NCBI RefSeq assembly: GCF_028641065.1
Contig: NC_073407.1
Coordinates: forward strand, 21,390,001 to 21,454,000
DNA length: 64,000 nucleotides
Direction: 5' to 3'
From: Leucoraja erinacea
Taxonomy: Eukaryota
Made by a program: the position numbers and the translations under genes. The notes below the pieces were generated by a model. It searched no databases. It was not told the DNA's origin and saw only the letters and a program-made list of their open reading frames with translations. This document shows positions 57,541-64,000 of this stretch, piece by piece. The first letter of the stretch is position 1. The number at the start of each line of letters is the position of its first letter.

Positions 57541-59534
57541 ACTCTGGCCGACCCACCCCACCCCACGCCGACCTATGGATTCCTAGTGTGTTGCAAACAG
57601 TTATTCTTCTCCATCGGGGAGTTGAACAGAGGTACTGAAGAAGCATTTCACATACAAGTGTGGAGAATGTTACAAAGATGTCAATGATGGGGCACACAGA
57701 ATATAAGGTAATTGAGAACAGAACTTGGCTAGACGGCCCGAATGGCCTCCCGAGTTATGTCGCTCATTAGGCCTACATTATAATTCCGAGCCACTGTTGT
57801 TAAAGTCAGAGCATCTGCCCAGTGACCGAATTAACCACAATTCAAATCTTTCTACCCTTCATTCCTCTCCCATGTTCATTCCCAGAGATTTGAGGTTTTA
57901 ACACTAGGTGGCAGCAGACACGTTCTTTTCAGATGTACCCTTTAAACTGTTCACCTCCTCAATCACAGCAGAACCCCCCCCCACACACACACACACACAC
58001 ACTGGCCCTCACTGGCGTACAAGTCCCCCCCCCACACACATTGTTCCTCATAGGCCATGTCTTCAGCCTAAGATGCAGAATTCCCAGTTGAAACCTCTCA
58101 GCTCTCTCTCTGCAGGGGCCCAATACCTCCTGTAGCCGCCTCACGTCTCATTGGAGACCACAGCTGTGAGGAGCCAAGAGAGTTTCACTGTGTTCGAGCT
58201 GCTAAATTCCAGCAGTGAGCAGCCATTGTAATCTGGGCTAACACACATCTGGGCAAGGGGGCATAATCTGACTTCAGTGGTGGGTCAGATTTTAGAGTCC
58301 ATTATTAAGGATAAGGTTTTGGGGTACTTGGAAGCACACGATAAAACAGGCCAAAGGCAGCATGGTTTTGTGAATGGGCGATCTTGGCCGACAAATCTGT
58401 TAGAATTATTTGAGGAAGTAAATAGTGGGGTAACTGCTGTGGGGCAGGGGGGGAGAACAAAAGGAGGAGCCAGTATATAACTTTGTCAGTGTCTTAGGTG
58501 GTTACTATTTATATACAATGGGAATGCAAACAAATTTCACTCTGCCTTGTCACATATAACAATAAAGTATTTCATTCCGTTCCATACCATACCATACTTT
58601 ATCTATTTTTATTTATCCCAGGAGGGAAATTGATAGAACAGGATAGACACAGGAGGGTCGGTGGATGTTGTTTACTTGAATTTTCAGAAGGCCATTGATA
58701 AGTTGCCAGACATGAGGCTGCTAAAGAAGACAGGAGCCCATGTAGAATTCATTGTGGAGACCAAGTCTGACTCCACCACTTCCCCCCCCACCTCCCCCCC
58801 ACCCCTTCTTCCCAAAGAATGAAGAATTAATCTTTGCACATCCCCAATCCTGGACTTTCCACTCCTCACTTGTATTTCATGATTCAGGTACCTTGTTGTG
58901 TGTCAGGACTGTTGGCAGACTAACTTCCCTCCTGGGATAATATAGCGCATAGTATCTTAAGTCATTGGGTATTTTTAAAACGGAGATTGATAGGTTGTTG
59001 AATAGGAAGGGCGTCAAGGGAGAATGGCGTTGAGAGGGATAAATAGATCAGCCATGATTGAATGGCGGAGTAGACTGGAAGGGCCGAATGGCCTAATTCT
59101 GATGCTATTCCCATGGTCTCATGGTACACATCTGGACCAGGAAGCGATGCTGTGGTAGATGGAGCAGTGCTGCCATCCTCTGGCCAGTGGTGGGGATACA
59201 AGTCCCCAGAGGGAGGGAGAGGTGGGGCTGGGTGGGGAGGCACCAGACTGGCCATGGGGAAAAGAGAAATGACTAATTGTTAAACCATATGGGATAAATT
59301 AAGTTGCACTGTGCAGGGCCAGGTGATTGAAGGATGAGGCAAAATGTTGAAACAAGGAACTGGACATGCTGGTTAATACACAAAAGGGCACAGAGTGCTC
59401 GGCAGGTCAGGCATCCATGTTCCATGTTCTCCTAAGATGCCGACTGACCCACTGAGTTGCTCCAGCACTCTGCATCCCATTGAAGGATCAGTCACTGACT
59501 GACAGGATAACACTTGAGTCACAGTGTTGTGGGA

Positions 59535-60420
59535 CCAGGGTTCAGGGTCGCAGTGTTAAGGGTCAGGGTCGCAGTGTCAAGGGTCAGGGTCGCAGTGAAG
59601 GGGTCACAGTGTCAAGGGTCAGGGTCGCAGTGAAGGGGTCACCGTGTCAAGGGTCAGGGTTTCAATGAAGGGGTCACAGTGTCAAGGGTCAGAGTCACGT
59701 TGTCAAGGGTCAGGGTCGCAGTGAAGGGGTCACAGTGTCAAGGGCCGGGGTCACAGTGTCAAGGGTTAGGGTCGCAGTGAAGGGGTCACAGAGTCAAGGG
59801 TCAGGGTCGCAGTGAAGGGGTCACAGAGTCAAGGGTCAGGGTTTCAATGAAGGGGTCACAGTGTCAAGGGTCAGGGTCATGGTGTCAAGGGTCAGGGTCG
59901 CAGTGAAGGGGTCACACCAAAGATCCTATAGCGAGCAAGATAGGTCCCTCGACGAAAAAGACGTAGTGCGGTCATGGGCAGATTCATGGGGAATTTTTGG
60001 CCCCATTTCCGTAACCGGCTTCCGTCTCCGCACCAAAGATCCCGTAGCGGAGCAAAGATACTAGTGCGGAGACGGAAACCGGTTACGGAAACATCCTCGT
60101 AAAAATAAAAGTTATTTGGGAAAAATCTTCTCATTTTCAGAATTATAATTTATTAACACAAACTGTTCCCCTGCAACGTTGATTACACTGCGAGTCGGGT
60201 CGGGTCGGGGGGCGGGTTACTGAAATGGATGAAAAAAAGGCCCACGTTCCGCTCCGTTGCGTACTACACGTCAGCCCATTGCATTTAGAAGGAGTGGTCT
60301 ATCTTGCTCCGCTATAGGATCTTTGGGTCACACTGTCAAGGGTCAGGGTCACAGTGAGGGGGTCACAGTGTCAAGGGTCAGGGTCACAGTGAGGGGGGTC
60401 AGGGTCACAGTGAGGGGGGT
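59535..60420. repeat. G-rich minisatellite (GTCAAGGGTCAGGGTCGCAGTGAAGGGGTCACAGT-type units) interrupted by a hAT MITE
   Basis: Repeated 16-19-bp subunits on both sides of 59918-60325. Confidence 0.9.
59918..60325. mobile_element. 408-bp hAT MITE, parent family of the micro-elements
   Basis: TIRs CAAAGATCCTATAGCG(G)AGCAAGATAG / reverse complement; 8-bp TSD GGTCACAC (59910-59917, 60326-60333). Confidence 0.9.
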
Positions 60421-61164
60421 CGATGGTGTAAGTCGCTCAGTAAGATGGCGACGTTATTGAGGAGTCAGTCACAACATGAAAGGGTCAGTAAGATGGAGGC
60501 ACCATCGAGGGGTCAGTCAGATGGGGACAGGCTGCCGTGGTCCTGGGGTGTGTGTGTGAGTCCTACCTGTGCCACAGTGTTGTGGTCCGGGGTCAGCTGG
60601 TGTCAGCTGGGTTTGGGCAGCGGGTGTAGATTGGATGACTTGTGGTGTGAGCCCTGAGTCAGATGGCGATGGTGCCAGTTCCCTGGGCACTGCCCTGGCA
60701 GCAACTACATGCCATCTGCAGCTCCACACATTGCCCAACTTCCAGGCCCAGCTAAAAATAAATACGGTATTTTTATATGCAGATCAGTGTGCAGCAATAA
60801 AACAACATCTCGGGAGAAGAAAGATTGTGCTAATTTCATAATTAAAGTCCAAATTAGTCTCTTTTATGTCAGAGAGATGAATTAACTTGGAAATCATTTT
60901 TTTTTTAAATTCTGCAGACACTTTGCATGGTGAGGCTTCATAAATACCAAGTCCCTGAGTGACACTCGAGGGGGAACAGAGCGCTTTTTTATGAAGCTGA
61001 ATAAATTTAGATCCTATTTAAAAATAAGTGCATTCATTGAGATTTTATGAAACAACGGAAGGGAAAAGCGTGACAGAGTTGTGGTGCGAGTTGCAGGTAG
61101 ACACAAAATACTGGAGTAACTCAGCGAAACAGGCAGCATCTCTGGAGAGAAGGAATGGCTAAGA

Positions 61165-61800
61165 GAGAGCTGTAGTTGCATAAGACGTTGACGAGGCCGC
61201 ATTTAGAGTATTGTGTTCATTTCTGGGCACCGTGTTACAGGAAAGATCCATCTTCCAAGCTGGAAAGGGTACAGAGAAGATTTACGAGGATGTTGCCAGG
61301 ACTAGAGGGTCTGAGCTACAGGGAGAGGTTGAGTAGGCCAGGATTCTATTCCTTAGAGCGCAGGAAGATGAGGGGTGATCTTGTAAAGGTGCATAAAATC
61401 ATGAGAGGAATAAATTGGGTATACGCACAGAGTCTCTTGCCCAGACTAGGTGAATCGAGGACCAGAGGACATTCTGGAGGTTTAAAGTGAAGGAGAAAAG
61501 AGTTAATTGGAAACTTTTTCACACAAAGGGTGGTGGGAGTATGGACTATCCCAACATTGAAGAAACACAGAGAGTGGTGAATCTGTGGAATTCTCTGCCA
61601 CAGAAGGTCGTTGAGGCCAGTTCATTGGCTAGATTTAAGAGGGTTAGATGTGGCCCTTGTGACTAAAGGGATCAGGGGGTATGGAGAGAAGGCAGGGATG
61701 GGATACTGAGTTGAACGATCAGCCATGATCATATTGAATGGCGGTGCAGGCTCGAAGGGCCGAATGGCCTACTCCTGCACCTATTTTCTATGTTTCTATG
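61165..61800 (+). mobile_element. CR1/HER1-type LINE 3' fragments
   Basis: HKTLTRPHLEYCVHFWAP...LERVQRRFTRMLPGL followed by the shared CR1 3' UTR. Confidence 0.8.
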
Positions 61801-62760
61801 TAAACAGTTAGACACAAACATGGATAAGGCAGGTTTGGAGGAATACGGGCCAAACGCAGGCAGGTGGGACTCGTGTAGCTAGGACATGTTGGCTGTTGTG
61901 GGCAAGTTGGGCCTCATCCTCCTGCTCTCTAAGGAATCGAGTCCCAGCCTACTCCACCTCTCCCTGTAGCTCAGACCCTCTAGTCCTGGCAACATCCTTG
62001 TAAATCTTCTGTCCATTCCCTCCACAGACGCTGCCTGACCTGCCGAGTTCCTCCAGCACTTTGTGTTTTACTACAAAAGCCGTGGTAATCACTTCCTGTC
62101 CTTCACGCCGGGCCTTTGTGGTTCATGTACCAAGTCCAGTCATATTTATCATCACAAGCAGAGGGACAGTGAGGAAGAGCCACAAATGAAAACCTTGCTT
62201 CCAGCAGCATCATGGACACACAGACAACATACACATGTACCTAAATAAACATCCATTACACGGAACATTTCCAAAACAAATAAGCTTCTTTCCAAATCCC
62301 TTTGCACTTATTAACCATATAACAATTACAGAACGGAAACAGGCCATCTCGGCCCTTCTAGTCCATGCCGAACACTTACTCTCACCTTGTCCCATCTACC
62401 TGCACTCAGACCATAACCCTCCATTCCTTTCCCGTCCATATGCCTATCCAATTTATTTTTAAATGATAAAAACGAACCTGCCTCCACCACTTCCACTGGA
62501 AGCTCATTCCACACAGCTACCCTCTCTGAGTAAAGAGGTTCCTCCTCATGTTGCCCCTAAACTTTTGTCCCTTAATTCTCAAATCATGTCCTGTTGTTTG
62601 AATCTTCCCTACTGGAAAAAGCTTTTCTACGTCAACTCTGTCTATCCTTCTCATAATTTTAAAGACCTCTATCAAGTCCCCCCTTAAGCTTCTGCGCTCC
62701 AGAGAATAAAGACCTATCTTGTTCAACCTTTTTGTAGCCTCGTTCTATTGTAATAATATC

Positions 62761-62991
62761 TAAAGGGCCTGTCCCACTTGGTGATATTTTCGGCAACTGC
62801 CGGCATCATTGACTGACTTATCAGGTCGCGTAGAATTTGCGGAGTGGTGACGTATGGACGCGCGATGATTTTTCAAGCGTCGCAACATTTCTTTTGTCGC
62901 TGCTGGATTTTGGAACGTTCAAAATCTTTTGGCGACACCGATATGACGCTGGCAGTCGCCGAAAAACTCGGCAAGTGGGACAGGCCCTTTA
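62761..62991. mobile_element. MITE with GGGCCTGTCCCACTTG termini (PIF/Harbinger-like)
   Basis: TAAAGGGCCTGTCCCACTTG...CAAGTGGGACAGGCCCTTTA. Confidence 0.75.
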
Positions 62992-63264
62992 ATCAGTCTG
63001 AAGAAGGGTCCCAATCCGAAACATCATCTGCTCATGTCTTCCAGAGATGCTGACTGACCTGCTGAGTTACTCCAGCAGATGGGCACAAAGTGCTGGAGTA
63101 ACTCATCGGTCAGGCAGCATCTCCGGAGAAAAGGAATAGGTGACGTCTCAGGCCGAGACTCTTCCTCAGACGGAGAGTTAGGGGAGAGGGATACTAGCGG
63201 TATGTAAAGGTACAAAGAACAAGCGAATGAAAGGTATGAATAGAACAAATCAAAGCCAGCACTG

Positions 63265-63770
63265 TACTTGCCATAGAGGGAGTACAGAGAAGGTTCACCA
63301 GACTGATTCCTGGGATGTCAGGACTTTCATATGAAGAAAGACTGGATAGACTCGGTTTGTACTCGCTAGAATTTAGAAGATTGAGGGGGATCTTATAGAA
63401 ACTTACAAAACTTAAGGGGTTGGACAGGCTAGATGCAGGAAGATTGTTCCCGATGTTGGGGAAGTCCAGAACAAGGGGTCACAGTTTAAGGATAAAGGGG
63501 AAATCTTTTAGGACCGAGATGAGAAAAGCATTTTTCACGCAGAGTGGTGAATCTCTGGAATTCTCTCCCGCAGAAGGTAGTTGAGGCCAGTTCATTGGCT
63601 ATATAAGAGGGAGTTAGATGTGGCCCTTGTGGCTAAAGGGATCAGGGGGTATGGAGAGAAGGCAGGTACAGGATACTGAGTTGGATGATCAGCCATGATC
63701 ATATTGAATGGCGGTACAGGCTCGAAGGGCCGAATGGCCTACTCCTGCACCTATTTTATATGTTTCTATG
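63265..63770 (+). mobile_element. CR1/HER1-type LINE 3' fragment
   Basis: Near-identical to 23925-24410. Confidence 0.85.
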
Positions 63771-64000
63771 ATTATCAATGCAAGGTGGAGCCCACAATGG
63801 TCCATTGTTGACAGTGGAAAAGGGGATAGGAACAGAAAAACTAGCAGGACAACTATGGTGAGGGAGGGACGGAGAGAGAGGGAATGCAAGGGTTACTTGA
63901 AATTAGAGAAATCAATGTTCATACCACTGCGTGTGAGCTGCTGGTGCTGTTCCTCTATTTTGTGTTTGGCCTCACTCTGACAGTTGTGGAGGCCCAGGGC

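Noticed and set aside
57004-57638. GC-rich 150-aa ORFs resembling a CpG-island gene
   Set aside because: Almost entirely within a TIR/TSD-bounded hAT MITE.

Overview
Vertebrate genomic DNA, most likely an elasmobranch (inferred from HE1-like V-SINEs, CR1/HER1-type LINE tails and Penelope-type repeats). The window holds part of the Surfeit cluster. From left to right: MED22/SURF5 (minus, 3' end runs off the window), a complete DNLZ gene (minus) lying between MED22 and RPL7A, RPL7A/SURF3 (plus, 8 exons, hosting SNORD24 and three SNORD36 copies), SURF1 (minus, 9 exons, tail-to-tail with RPL7A), a repeat-rich gap of about 18 kb with no recognisable SURF2, and PPP1R26 (minus, one large coding exon that is split by a frameshift as given). 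Most other ORFs in the track are spurious or transposon debris. Best unexplained signals: (1) a 127-bp TSD-flanked retroelement whose first 54 nt fold into a minimal HDV-like ribozyme starting at the predicted cleavage site; (2) 12-29-bp TIR-only hAT micro-elements with perfect 8-bp TSDs, plus their 408-bp parent; (3) many Penelope-derived repeats with minimal hammerhead cores, often folded back at the ribozyme; (4) promoter minisatellites built from YY1 motifs (MED22) and CACGTG E-boxes (SURF1). All calls were made by eye; no searches were run.
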